This document shows positions 49,209 through 58,426 of a stretch of 64,000 nucleotides of DNA, piece by piece (within the stretch, counting starts at the first letter, position 1; each line of letters starts with the position of its first letter). A model generated the notes under the pieces. It was not told the DNA's origin. It made no database searches and saw only the letters and a program-made list of their open reading frames with translations. The stretch comes from an uncultured Acidobacteriota bacterium (GTDB taxonomy: Bacteria; Acidobacteriota; Thermoanaerobaculia; Gp7-AA8): NCBI GenBank assembly GCA_963822445.1, contig CAWGHO010000001.1, positions 1,518,226 to 1,582,225 of the forward strand, read 5' to 3'. The position numbers and the translations under genes are program-made.

Positions 49209-49700
49209 TCAGTCGATCCAGAGCGCGCCGAGATTGATGTCGCAGGCTTCGAAGGGCTCGGCTCGGAACGGTTCTTCAAATGCGCCCCAGCTGGCGTACA
49301 CCCAGCCGTCATCGGCGCGCCTGTAGCCCTCGAGCATTCGCATCGCCGGATCGAGTAACCAGCGATGCGTCACTCCGTGCTGCGCGTAGAGGCGGTGCTT
49401 TCGATATCGCGCCAGCGGGATATTGACCGTGTCACACACCCAGTCGGGCGTAGCAGTCGCACGTTCACTCCAACCGGCGAGCGACGGCAAAAGGACATCG
49501 TTCCCGAAACGGAGTAACGGCTGCAGCTCAAAACGCCATCCGGGCGCCGCTACGCTCAGGTGACGAACAAGCGCATCGCACGACCGCATCGGCGGGCGCG
49601 GGGAGATGAACAACTCACCGTCGATGATCTCCGCCACCAGATGCTCGGGCACCTTTAGCAGGTCCTCGTACGTCGCCGGCTGCCGCATGACCTCAGTCAT
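49209..49700 (-). CDS. Uma2-family endonuclease-fold protein with degenerate motifs
   Basis: ATYEDL...AEIIDGEL..SP.P, K..LYA..GV...WLLDP..R.LE.YR, FRAEPFEA. Confidence 0.8.
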   Translation of the reverse strand: MTEVMRQPATYEDLLKVPEHLVAEIIDGELFISPRPPMRSCDALVRHLSVAAPGWRFELQPLLRFGNDVLLPSLAGWSERATATPDWVCDTVNIPLARYRKHRLYAQHGVTHRWLLDPAMRMLEGYRRADDGWVYASWGAFEEPFRAEPFEACDINLGALWID

Positions 49701-49719
49701 GGGCAAATCATACGCCCCC

Positions 49720-49797
49720 AAAAGAAAAGGACAGGCGCGTCAGCAGCCTGTCCTTTCCTCCCCTTGATGCGCCGCGGTGAGGGCGGCTCTCCGAAAG
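49720..49797 (-). ncRNA. Candidate small RNA with its own promoter and terminator
   Basis: TACAAT at 49808-49803; gccgc-cctcacc-gcggc hairpin; aaaggacaggc/gcctgtccttt terminator stem with a U tract; no ORF. Confidence 0.6.
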
Positions 49798-49839
49798 CGT
49801 GAATTGTAGAACGGGCTGGCCTCGCGCGTGTGAGCAGGG

Positions 49840-50964
49840 TCACGCCGCGAAACCGCTGGGGACGACGGCATAGCGCGATTTGAGCCGCAGGAACGGGCGC
49901 TCGAACCAGAGGTACGACGCGGATGGGGCGGCGATGGTCAGCGACATCGAGACAGCGTAAAGCATCGCGTTCGACTGGAGGCCCGCGGCGATCGTCAGCT
50001 GGATGGCCATCTCGTGAAGCATGTAGATGCTGAAGGAAATGTTGCCGAGAAACTCGAAGGCTCGTCCGCCCAGGCGGATCAACGAGCGGGGGTTCGTGGC
50101 GATGTTGAGGATCAGCACTCCGAAACAGACCGAGTACCAGCCGTAATTGAAGATCGGCTTGAACGAGTCCGTGACGAGAAGGTACGCGGTCACCGTGTAC
50201 GTCACCACCTGCACGAAGCGGTTGTAAAAAAACGAGAGCACCGTCTTCCTCTTCGCGAACACGAGCCAGGCGAAGAGACCGCCGATGGCCATGCACTCCA
50301 TGCGGGTGAAGTAGAAGTAGTTGATCACCCAGTTCCAGATCCGCAGCGCGTCGGCATCCGCGCGATTCGGTTTGGCCATGGCCAAGGCGAAGTAACGCGC
50401 GCCGACGGTCGTCACGATCACGACGACGGCCAGGGCAACGAAGTATCTCGACTTCCGGAGCAGCGCCGGCCAGAGCAGATAGAACTGCTCCTCGACGCCG
50501 ATCGACCAGGCCGGCTCGGCAAAGGGAACGGGCTCGTAGATGCTCAACGCCAGCTGCGGCAGAAACAGGAGAAAGAGCGGAAAGGTCGCCGCGAAGTGCT
50601 CCGGCAACGCCGCCGTGTAGCGCGGCAACTGGAAGACCTCGAGCCGCGGCAGGACGAGAAACGAAAGCAGGACCACCAGAAAGTAGAGCGGCCAGATTCG
50701 CAGGACCCGGCGCAGGTAGAAGCGCTTCACCGCGATCCCGCCGGTGCGCTCCTTTTCGACCAGCAGGAGATACGTGATCAGGAAGCCGCTGAGCACGAAG
50801 AAGAGCGTGACGCTCAGGCGTCCGAGTTCGTAGACCGCCGGCTTGTCGTACGCGTTCGGGAGGCCGTGGTACTGCTTCATCAGCTCCACGTGACTCACGG
50901 CCACAGCCATCGCCGCAAAGAAGCGCAATCCGTTCAGGCCGGGGAAATAGACGCCGCTTTTCAT
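49840..50964 (-). CDS. Acyltransferase-3 (OafA-like) membrane O-acyltransferase
   Basis: LNGLRFFA, FFVLSGFLI, FYLRRVLRIWPLY, WSIGVEEQFY, LGNISFSIYMLH, FERPF. Confidence 0.93.
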   Translation of the reverse strand: MKSGVYFPGLNGLRFFAAMAVAVSHVELMKQYHGLPNAYDKPAVYELGRLSVTLFFVLSGFLITYLLLVEKERTGGIAVKRFYLRRVLRIWPLYFLVVLLSFLVLPRLEVFQLPRYTAALPEHFAATFPLFLLFLPQLALSIYEPVPFAEPAWSIGVEEQFYLLWPALLRKSRYFVALAVVVIVTTVGARYFALAMAKPNRADADALRIWNWVINYFYFTRMECMAIGGLFAWLVFAKRKTVLSFFYNRFVQVVTYTVTAYLLVTDSFKPIFNYGWYSVCFGVLILNIATNPRSLIRLGGRAFEFLGNISFSIYMLHEMAIQLTIAAGLQSNAMLYAVSMSLTIAAPSASYLWFERPFLRLKSRYAVVPSGFAA

Positions 50965-51938
50965 GTACGAACGAGCGTCCGCAACTCGTTTCCGATGCCG
51001 ACGAAGGTCTGGTGGTTGAGCGGAAACTCGAGCAGCACGTGCAGCAAGCTCAGAACGTAAAGCACCGAGAGGCCGGTCGAGTAATCGAACAGATAGACGA
51101 CCAGCGCTCCGACCCACACCGCTGCGATGCTCGCTGCACGCATCCTCGACACGTCGTGCCAGCGGATGATCGACGTCTTCGAGAACCAGTTCAGGTAGTG
51201 GTACGTGTACGCGAACGCGATCAGCCGCATCACCGCGAGGCCGCCGCTCGAGTCGTAGACGCCGTTGGACCCGAACCCGAACAACATCATCAACTGTTCG
51301 TTGAGCGGCTGGAAGAACGCGTAGATGTTCCGCACCTGCGCGGACACGGTGACCGCAGCCGGCTGGCGGATGACGAAGAAGCTGGCCAGGCAGGTGATGA
51401 AGACCACCAGCGAGATCAACGCGGGCCGGCTCTTACGGCGAAGCGCTCCGTGCAACACGAAGGCGGCCGTGAACACCAGCACGTGCACGATGGTGACGAT
51501 GAAGTAGGCCAGCAACGCGTAGGCCCTGGCACTGCTGAGGAACGCGAGCGCCGCAACGACCACCACCAGCAGCGCGGCGGCATTCACCGGATGCTGGACG
51601 TAGAGCAGAAACGCGGCGCCCGCGAAGACGAGATAGACCATCGCGATCTCGAGCGTCGGCGCGACCGGACGCTTCAGCAGATCGTTCGAGACATAGCCGT
51701 ACAACAGCACGACCATCGACAACCCGACCAGCACCAGCCACCAGCGCCGCGGCGCGCGGCGTGGTGCAAAGTAGTCGCGGTCGTGCAGCCAGGAGATCTC
51801 GGTCAGGTAGTGCAACGGACCGAGGACCGCGTAGGCGAAGAGGAAGACGTGGAACGGCGCGAAGAAGGAAGCGGCGCACGCAGCGATCATCAACGCAGCA
51901 TTCAGCCGCTCGACGGAGTCCCCTTTGTTGTTTTGCAT
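50961..51938 (-). CDS. Polytopic membrane protein with His-containing motifs, function unknown
   Basis: LGPLHYLTEISWLH, TIVHV, AYTYHYLNWFSKT, LHVLLEFPLNH; about 9 TM segments. Confidence 0.75.
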   Translation of the reverse strand: MQNNKGDSVERLNAALMIAACAASFFAPFHVFLFAYAVLGPLHYLTEISWLHDRDYFAPRRAPRRWWLVLVGLSMVVLLYGYVSNDLLKRPVAPTLEIAMVYLVFAGAAFLLYVQHPVNAAALLVVVVAALAFLSSARAYALLAYFIVTIVHVLVFTAAFVLHGALRRKSRPALISLVVFITCLASFFVIRQPAAVTVSAQVRNIYAFFQPLNEQLMMLFGFGSNGVYDSSGGLAVMRLIAFAYTYHYLNWFSKTSIIRWHDVSRMRAASIAAVWVGALVVYLFDYSTGLSVLYVLSLLHVLLEFPLNHQTFVGIGNELRTLVRT

Positions 51939-51948
51939 CCGTGAATCA

Positions 51949-52809
51949 TTAAGCCCGACGCACGGCCGCGACTGTGATCCACGCCATCACCAGGCCAATC
52001 ACCGCGGATGCAGTGACATCCGATAGCCAGTGCCTGAACGCGAGTACTCGAGACAGGCCAACCGCGGCCGCGAGCACGAACGCGATCACCCGCAGCCCTT
52101 TGTTCGGCGACGCAAAGACCAGCACCCCGGCGAGGGCGAAGGCGCCGACGGTGTGTCCGCTGGGGAAGGACGTCGACGAGCCCGGCGCGTACTGCGCGGG
52201 CCCGAGCCACAGTTCCGGACGCGCGCGGCCGACCAGAAACTTCACGATCTGCGCGGCCGTCCCCGCGGCAAGACCGGCGATGCCCATGGCCACGGCGTAC
52301 GACACCCAGCGACGCTCGACGTAGGCGATTCCTGCCACGAGAAAGAAGCAGACGATCATCACCGGGTTCATGCCGCCGCCGAGGCGGTTGACGATGCGGA
52401 TCACGTTCTCGGTCGTCTCCGACTGAACCCCCTCCGCCCACGCGAGCATCGGCGCGTCAGCGAAGAAGAAGACCAGCGCGGTGACGGCGATGCCGATCAG
52501 CAAGCGGATCGCGCCCCCGCGCCAGAGCGAACGCTCGATCCGAAACGCGCGCAACTGGCGAACGGGCTCGCGCACATCGCGCCCTTCCGCGCTTTGGACG
52601 ATGGCCAGCAGCAGCAGCCCGGCGATGCACCAGAAGACCACGTCCCACGACGGTGCCTGGCGGCCGAGGAAGGAGAGCTCGTCGACGGCCAGCTTTTCGC
52701 CGAGCCACAGACGATTGATCGACACGATCGGCGACGGCCAGAAGACCGAAAGGATCAGAAGCGTGATGAAGGCCGCGGCGGCGTAGCGGCGCTTACTTGC
52801 GATAGACAT
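51949..52809 (-). CDS. PAP2-family membrane phosphatase (LpxE/LpxF-like)
   Basis: K...GRARP, SFPSGH, SRV...HW.SDV. Confidence 0.9.
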   Translation of the reverse strand: MSIASKRRYAAAAFITLLILSVFWPSPIVSINRLWLGEKLAVDELSFLGRQAPSWDVVFWCIAGLLLLAIVQSAEGRDVREPVRQLRAFRIERSLWRGGAIRLLIGIAVTALVFFFADAPMLAWAEGVQSETTENVIRIVNRLGGGMNPVMIVCFFLVAGIAYVERRWVSYAVAMGIAGLAAGTAAQIVKFLVGRARPELWLGPAQYAPGSSTSFPSGHTVGAFALAGVLVFASPNKGLRVIAFVLAAAVGLSRVLAFRHWLSDVTASAVIGLVMAWITVAAVRRA

Positions 52810-54278
52810 CGAACCACTTTCCGATCATCCGCAGCTCGTCGACTTTTCGGTAGCCGTCGAGTTTCACCTCGTGCGAGTTCTTGCGCCGCACGACGAGCAA
52901 TCGCGCGGTTCCCACCTCCTCGCGCTGGAGATGCCGCGCGCGCCACAGTTCCGGCGTCATCCCGCGCGTCCAGAGGTGCGGGCAGACGTACAGCCCGATC
53001 CGGTCCGCCGGCACGTTCTGCCGCGCCAGCGCGCGGACCAGCGGCCGCGTCGACGCCAGCTCATTCGCGATCGGCACCAGGAAAAGCGCCGCGTATCCGA
53101 GGGTGATCGGCAGCACGAGTCCTGTGGCGAAGGTCGACGCAAGGAGCCGGCCGCGCAGCGTGACGATGATCGCGACCAGCGAAGCCACGAGCAGCACGCC
53201 GAAGAGCATCCGCACATCGAGCCGCGAGATCAGCGCGCCGTCTTCATCCTTGATGTGCTCGGGCTGCAGGAAGAGGCCGGCCACGCCGATCAGTGCGAAG
53301 AACAACAGCATGACCATGTTCGCGCGGCGGCCCCATCCTTCGTCGAGCTCGAGGTAGCGCGCGATCACCAGCGCCACCGCGGGCACCAGGGTGATCATGT
53401 AGACATCGAGCTTCGACGAAAGGAGCGTGTACGGCACGAGCACGGCCAGGATCCAGCTCATCCCGAACTTCGCCTTCCCGTCGTTGCGTTTGTACGCTGC
53501 GACGATCGCGATCACGGCCAGGAAGAACCACGGCATCAGCGTCAAGCGGCGCGCGAACGAGGTAGAACCAGGGCGGCGACTTGTGCACCCACGCCCCAAC
53601 CGCGCGGCCGACGGTCTGTTTGAAAAAAATCTCCCGCCAGAATGCTTCGCCGCCGATCACCAGCGCCGGCACGAGCCAGAGCAGGGGAATGGCGATCATC
53701 GGAAGGAGCGCAAGGAGGTCCTTCGCCTTCGGTTTGCGCCGCCTGCGAATCGACTCGAAGGCGAACAGCACCAGGGTGATCACCGGCGCCATCGGTCCCT
53801 TTACCAGCGCCGCAAGTCCGGTGGCGACGCCCGCCGAGATCGGAAGCGAGCCGTCCGCGCGATAGATGCGATACGCCGCCAACGCGAGCAGCAGCGTGAA
53901 AGGCACATCCATCCGCGCGGTCTGTCCCGAGCCCCAGATCAGCAGCGAGCTGCCGCACACGAACGCGGCCATCGGCCCGCCGAAGCGATGCATGAGCCAG
54001 ATGAGCAGGACGAAGGCGATCAGCGAGGGCAGCACGAACGGCCAGATGGAGTAGGTGCCGAAGATGAACGTCAGCGCGCCGACGATCCAGAAATGCAGCG
54101 GCGGCTTGTGCGTGAACGGCGAGCCTTCGAGCGTCGGCACGAACACATGGCCCGCGCGCAGCTCCCGCACGACCTGCGTGTACTTGGTCTCGTCGCCGAC
54201 GTAGAGCTCTCGCCGGATCGGCGAAAGAAAAACGGTGAGGACGACGATCGCCAGCGCGGTCGCGGCGCTTCTCGACAT
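52793..54278 (-). CDS. ArnT/GT39-like GT-C glycosyltransferase, frameshift near 53548
   Basis: DETKY, KPPLHFW, ARMD, LVKGP, H.SP.WFY, SSKLDVY. Confidence 0.87.
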
Positions 54279-54310
54279 GGCGGCGCATTGTAACGTCTTT
54301 GCTGCATGTA

Positions 54311-54369
54311 AGTGACTGAGGTCACGCTAGTTACAAACACGCGCCCGCTGGCAGGCTGAGTGCTAGAAT
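54311..54369 (+). promoter_or_regulatory. Possible CRP/FNR-type site plus an extended -10
   Basis: GTGA-N6-TCAC at 54312-54325; TGcTAGAAT at 54361-54369. Confidence 0.4.
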
Positions 54370-54407
54370 CTGTGACGCGGATTGGTACTTCACAAGGAGG
54401 ACGATCG

Positions 54408-54641
54408 ATGTCGAATCCCGCTGAAATTCAACAGGTGCTCTCTGACGCAGATCCCGAGTTCCGCCAGCTTGCCGAAGAACATCGCAAATGCGACAGCCGG
54501 CTGACGGAACTGACGTCCAAGACGGACATCACCACTGACGAAGAGATCGAAGAGAAGTTGTTGAAGAAGCGGAAGCTCCGACTGAAGGACCAGATGGCCG
54601 AGCGCATTCGTTCGTACGAATCGCAGCACGCCGTCGCGTAA
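54408..54641 (+). CDS. DUF465/YdcH-family protein
   Basis: SD AAGGAGG; EFRQLAEEH..CD.RL...LKKRKLRLKDQM. Confidence 0.88.
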   Translation: MSNPAEIQQVLSDADPEFRQLAEEHRKCDSRLTELTSKTDITTDEEIEEKLLKKRKLRLKDQMAERIRSYESQHAVA

Positions 54642-54674
54642 TCCGCAGTTCACTCGACAAACTGCAATCCGCCG

Positions 54675-54699
54675 AAGGGGGTTCTCCGGAACCCCCTTT
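54675..54699 (+). terminator. Hairpin / probable terminator after the DUF465 gene
   Basis: aagggggttc-tccg-gaaccccctt-t. Confidence 0.65.
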
Positions 54700-54728
54700 G
54701 CATTACCATCGCGCGCTGAGATGGCGGA

Positions 54729-55550
54729 ATGACGGTCACACCTGAGACGACGCCGAGGAGACTCCGGCCGAACTTCCGCCGCGGCGTTTACGTCATTCCG
54801 ACGTCGCTCACCATCCTCAACCTCTTCTTCGGCTTCCGCTGCATCGTCTACTCGACGCGCGCGCTCGAAGCCATGACCGCCGGCCGCACCGATGCCGCTG
54901 TCGATTTCTTCGAGACCGCCTGCCTCTCCCTGCTCTTCGCCGCGATCTTCGACACCTTCGACGGTCTCGTCGCCCGCAGCCTCGGCGCAACGAGCGAGTT
55001 CGGGAAGGAGTACGACTCGCTCGCCGACGTCGTCACGTTCGGCGCGGCGCCGGCGGTTCTCGTCTACGCCTGGGGCCTCCACGAATTCGAGCGCCTCGGC
55101 GGCGGCATCGCCTTTCTGTTTCTCGCCGCGGTTTCCCTGCGACTGGCACGCTTCAACGTGCAGACGGGAAAAGTCGACTACCGCTATTTCGTCGGACTTC
55201 CCAGTCCCGCCGGCGCGCTCACGCTCGCGTCGATGATCTTTTACGCGCCCGCGCCGGTGACCGACCGCCGCTTCGCCATCATCGTGATGATCGTGACGAT
55301 CTTCACCGCCTTCTCGATGGTCTCCCCGATTCGATTCCGCAGCCAGAAAGGCCTCTCGCTGCAGAAAGAGCGATCGCTGATCTACTTTCTGATCCTCGCG
55401 CTGATTCTGGCCGTCGCCTTCCGGTGGCCGCGCGAGTTCTGGTTCGCCCTGGCGATCGCCTATCTCGTCTCGGGACCGCTGGCGAAGCTATGGAGTATTG
55501 CGTTTCCCGCGGCGGCAGTGGTTCCCGCGGAGCCACCCCCGGCTCCGTGA
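54729..55550 (+). CDS. pssA: CDP-diacylglycerol--serine O-phosphatidyltransferase
   Basis: DTFDGLVAR..GATSEFGKEYDSLADVVTFGAAPA, LRLARFNV, FVGLPSPA. Confidence 0.93.
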   Translation: MTVTPETTPRRLRPNFRRGVYVIPTSLTILNLFFGFRCIVYSTRALEAMTAGRTDAAVDFFETACLSLLFAAIFDTFDGLVARSLGATSEFGKEYDSLADVVTFGAAPAVLVYAWGLHEFERLGGGIAFLFLAAVSLRLARFNVQTGKVDYRYFVGLPSPAGALTLASMIFYAPAPVTDRRFAIIVMIVTIFTAFSMVSPIRFRSQKGLSLQKERSLIYFLILALILAVAFRWPREFWFALAIAYLVSGPLAKLWSIAFPAAAVVPAEPPPAP

Positions 55551-55565
55551 TAAAACCCGCCGGCC

Positions 55566-56567
55566 ATGCCCCATCCCAAGAATCCCGCCGGGTATCGACT
55601 CGGCATCGTCAATCCGCTGACGCTCGTCGGCAATGAGATCAAGACCATCCTCCGCGAGCGCGCGTTCCCGTTCGCGAAGGTCGCGCTGCTCGACGCCACC
55701 GGACAGGACGCCGGCGCGCTCACCGATCTCGGCGACGAGCCCGCGGTCGTGGCCGCGGTCGCGCAGGAAGGGCTGGACGACCTCGATCTCGTCTTCTTCT
55801 GCGGACCGGCCGAGCCGAATCGCGACCTGATCGCGCGGCATGCCGAGGATGACTTCATTGCCGTCGATCTCTCGCAGCCTTCGACTTCCGAGGAAGGCAA
55901 ACTCGCCGTCGCCGGCGTGAATCTCGAGGAGCTCGCTGGGGGCGATGACGTGCTGATCTCGCCGCATCCCGTGGCCATCCCGATCGCGCTGATTCTCAAT
56001 CAGATCGCGAAAGTGAGCGCAGTCGATTCCTGCATCGCCACGGTCGTGCAGCCGGCCTCCGAGTTCGATCAGAGCGGCGTGGAAGAGCTGGCGAAACAAA
56101 CCATCAGCGTGCTGAACATCCAGACGGTGCCGCACGACATCTTCGACCGCCAGCTCGCCTTCAACCTCTACCCGGCGCTCGAGCACAACGAGGAATTCAT
56201 CGTCTCGCAGGTCAAGGCCATCACGAATCCGCGCATCGAGCTGGCGCTGCTCATCACCCAGGGGACCATCTTCCACGGCCACACCTTCTCTCTGTTCGTG
56301 AAGACGCGCGAAGAGGTGCAGGTCGCGCAGATCGAGGAGGCGCTCAAGGCCAATCACGCGATCGTCTTTCCTGAAGGCGATCAGCAGTTCGGCACGATCG
56401 ACGCGGCCGGCAAGGACGAAGTGCTCGTGGCCGAAGTGCGCGCGGATCGGACGATCCGCGGCGGATTCTGGGTCTGGGCGGTCTGCGATAATCTCCGCCG
56501 CAGCTCGGCGCTCAACGCCGTTCTCATCGCGGAAAAGGTGCTCTTCGGAGCCGCCGCCGCAAACTGA
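55566..56567 (+). CDS. Aspartate-semialdehyde dehydrogenase-like protein (Usg-type, catalytic Cys absent)
   Basis: QLAFNLYP, FHGHTFS, W.V.DNLR...ALNAV.IAE; SPHPVA replaces NPNC. Confidence 0.82.
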   Translation: MPHPKNPAGYRLGIVNPLTLVGNEIKTILRERAFPFAKVALLDATGQDAGALTDLGDEPAVVAAVAQEGLDDLDLVFFCGPAEPNRDLIARHAEDDFIAVDLSQPSTSEEGKLAVAGVNLEELAGGDDVLISPHPVAIPIALILNQIAKVSAVDSCIATVVQPASEFDQSGVEELAKQTISVLNIQTVPHDIFDRQLAFNLYPALEHNEEFIVSQVKAITNPRIELALLITQGTIFHGHTFSLFVKTREEVQVAQIEEALKANHAIVFPEGDQQFGTIDAAGKDEVLVAEVRADRTIRGGFWVWAVCDNLRRSSALNAVLIAEKVLFGAAAAN

Positions 56568-56581
56568 AGGAGCTTCCACCC

Positions 56582-57067
56582 ATGCAGGATTTCTTCGAGC
56601 CCAAAGCGGGCGACGTCGCACCCGACTTCCGGCTTCCCTCGACGCGCGGAAAAGAGATCACGCTGAAGGAGTTCCGCGGCAAGGACGTGATCCTCTACTT
56701 CTATCCGAAGGACGACACTCCCGGCTGCACGGCCGAGGCTTGCTCGTTCCGCGATCACGAATCGGATCTGACCAAGGAGCACGCGGTGGTCCTGGGCGTC
56801 TCCGCGGATTCGCTGGAAAGCCACGAGAAGTTCCGCGACAAGCACAACCTCAACTTCCCGCTCCTCTCCGACACGACCGCCGACGTCGCGAAGATGTACG
56901 GCGTGTGGAAGGAGAAGAACATGTACGGCCGCCGCACCTGGGGCGTGGCGCGCACGACGTACTGGATCGGCGCGGACGGACGGGTGAAGAAGGTCTGGAA
57001 GAAGGTCGACACCGTGCGTCACGCGGATGAAGTGCTCGAGGAGTTGCGGGCCGCGCGGAAGAAATAG
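56582..57067 (+). CDS. bcp: Peroxiredoxin BCP/PrxQ
   Basis: LYFYPKDDTPGCTAEACSFRD. Confidence 0.95.
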   Translation: MQDFFEPKAGDVAPDFRLPSTRGKEITLKEFRGKDVILYFYPKDDTPGCTAEACSFRDHESDLTKEHAVVLGVSADSLESHEKFRDKHNLNFPLLSDTTADVAKMYGVWKEKNMYGRRTWGVARTTYWIGADGRVKKVWKKVDTVRHADEVLEELRAARKK

Positions 57068-57140
57068 GCTCAAAGGCTCAAAGGCGCAAAGGCTCAGAGA
57101 AACCGCTGTGAGCCTATGAGCCTTTGCGCCTTTGAGCCTA
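57065..57140. repeat. Inverted arrays of an 8-mer (AAGGCTCA-like, four copies per arm) between convergent genes
   Basis: taggctcaaaggctcaaaggcgcaaaggctca ... tgagcctatgagcctttgcgcctttgagccta. Confidence 0.88.
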
Positions 57141-57151
57141 CGCAGCAAGAA

Positions 57152-58309
57152 CTACGCACGTGCAACCGCGCGGAATTGCCGCAGTCGCCGGCACGCCTCT
57201 TCCAGCGCCGCGAAATCCTTCGCGAAGCAGAACCGCAGCAGGCGATCGCCGCGATCCGAGGCGTAAAAACTCGGCCCCGGCACCGACGCCACTTTCGCGT
57301 CTTCGATCAGAGCCGAGGCGGCTGCACGTGAATCGCTGAAGCCATCCGGAATCTCGGCGAGCATGTAGTACGCGCCCTGCGGCACGAACGGGCGGAATCC
57401 GCCGTCGACCAGCGCCTCGGCGAGCATGTCCCGCTTCTTCTGATAATCGAGGGCGAGATTGCGGTAGTAGTCGTCGCCGATCTCGAGCGCGCGGGCGATG
57501 CCCCACTGCAGCGGCGTGGGCGCGCACACGTAAAACAGGTCGTTCACCAGACCGATCGGCGCGGTGACGCGCTTGTCGGCGGCCACATAGCCAATGCGCC
57601 AGCCGGTCACCGAGAACGTTTTCGAGAAGCCGCTGATCGTCACCGCGACCTCCCGATCGACCGCGCCCATCGACAGATGCGTGCGTCCGTCGTACACGAT
57701 GTACTCGTAGATCTCGTCGGTGAAGCACCAGGTATTGAACTCGTGGCAAAGCGCGGCGATCTTCTCCAGCTCTTCGCGCGTGAAGACCTTGCCGCAAGGA
57801 TTCGATGGCGTGCAGACGACGATTCCGCGCGTCTTCGGCCCGAACGCGGCCCGAAGCGCGTCGAAGTCGATCGACCAGTCCGGAAGCTGCAGCGGGACGA
57901 ACTTCGTCTCGATGCCGAGGACCTTCAGCGTGTTGAGGTGATAGCCGTAATAGGGCTCGAACAGGATCACTTCATCGCCCGCGTTCAGCGTCGCCATCGC
58001 CGCGGCGGCGAAACCGCCGGTCGAACCGACGGTGACCACGATCTCGGTCGCGGGATCGACGCGAAATCCGTTGAAGTGCTCGATCTTTCTGCCGATGCGC
58101 TCACGCAGCAGGTCGATGCCTTCGAATTTCGAGTACGTCGACTTGGAGGACTGAATGGCGTCGCAGGCACCCTCGACGAGCTCCGGAATGGAGGGGAGAT
58201 CGCAGATGCCCTGGCCGAGGTTGATGCCGCCGACGCGCTCGCACTCGCGGGACATCCGGCGGATGTCGGATTGCACCAGACCGCGCAGGCGGTCGCTGAT
58301 CTGATTCAT
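57152..58309 (-). CDS. Class I/II PLP-dependent aminotransferase
   Basis: INLGQG, TPSNPCGKVF, TDEIY, SKTFSVTGWRIGY, LRFCFAK. Confidence 0.93.
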   Translation of the reverse strand: MNQISDRLRGLVQSDIRRMSRECERVGGINLGQGICDLPSIPELVEGACDAIQSSKSTYSKFEGIDLLRERIGRKIEHFNGFRVDPATEIVVTVGSTGGFAAAAMATLNAGDEVILFEPYYGYHLNTLKVLGIETKFVPLQLPDWSIDFDALRAAFGPKTRGIVVCTPSNPCGKVFTREELEKIAALCHEFNTWCFTDEIYEYIVYDGRTHLSMGAVDREVAVTISGFSKTFSVTGWRIGYVAADKRVTAPIGLVNDLFYVCAPTPLQWGIARALEIGDDYYRNLALDYQKKRDMLAEALVDGGFRPFVPQGAYYMLAEIPDGFSDSRAAASALIEDAKVASVPGPSFYASDRGDRLLRFCFAKDFAALEEACRRLRQFRAVARA

Positions 58310-58327
58310 GGACGGTAGTGTATCCGT

Positions 58328-58358
<31 letters not shown>

Positions 58359-58426
58359 GGAACGGGCTTAAGTCGTTTGTTTTCAGTGAAGGCATTACGG
58401 CATCTGCGTCGCAGATGAGGCCGCAC

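Noticed and set aside
49720-49800. SRP RNA or fluoride riboswitch
   Set aside because: It lacks the SRP domain IV CAGG...GGAA...AGCAG core and the GGCGATGG-type 5' motif of the fluoride riboswitch.
840-53560. Eight frameshifts (ileS, queG, divIVA, yggT, LysM, GT2, VWA, ArnT-like) read as programmed recoding or pseudogenes
   Set aside because: They hit unrelated genes including essential ileS, show no shared slippery motif, leave both halves intact, and seven of eight are net +1. This fits uncorrected long-read insertion errors; raw reads would settle it.
57065-57140. Short repeat arrays (here, 16088 and 58328) as CRISPR
   Set aside because: Units are 7-8 nt with no unique spacers, and there are no cas genes.
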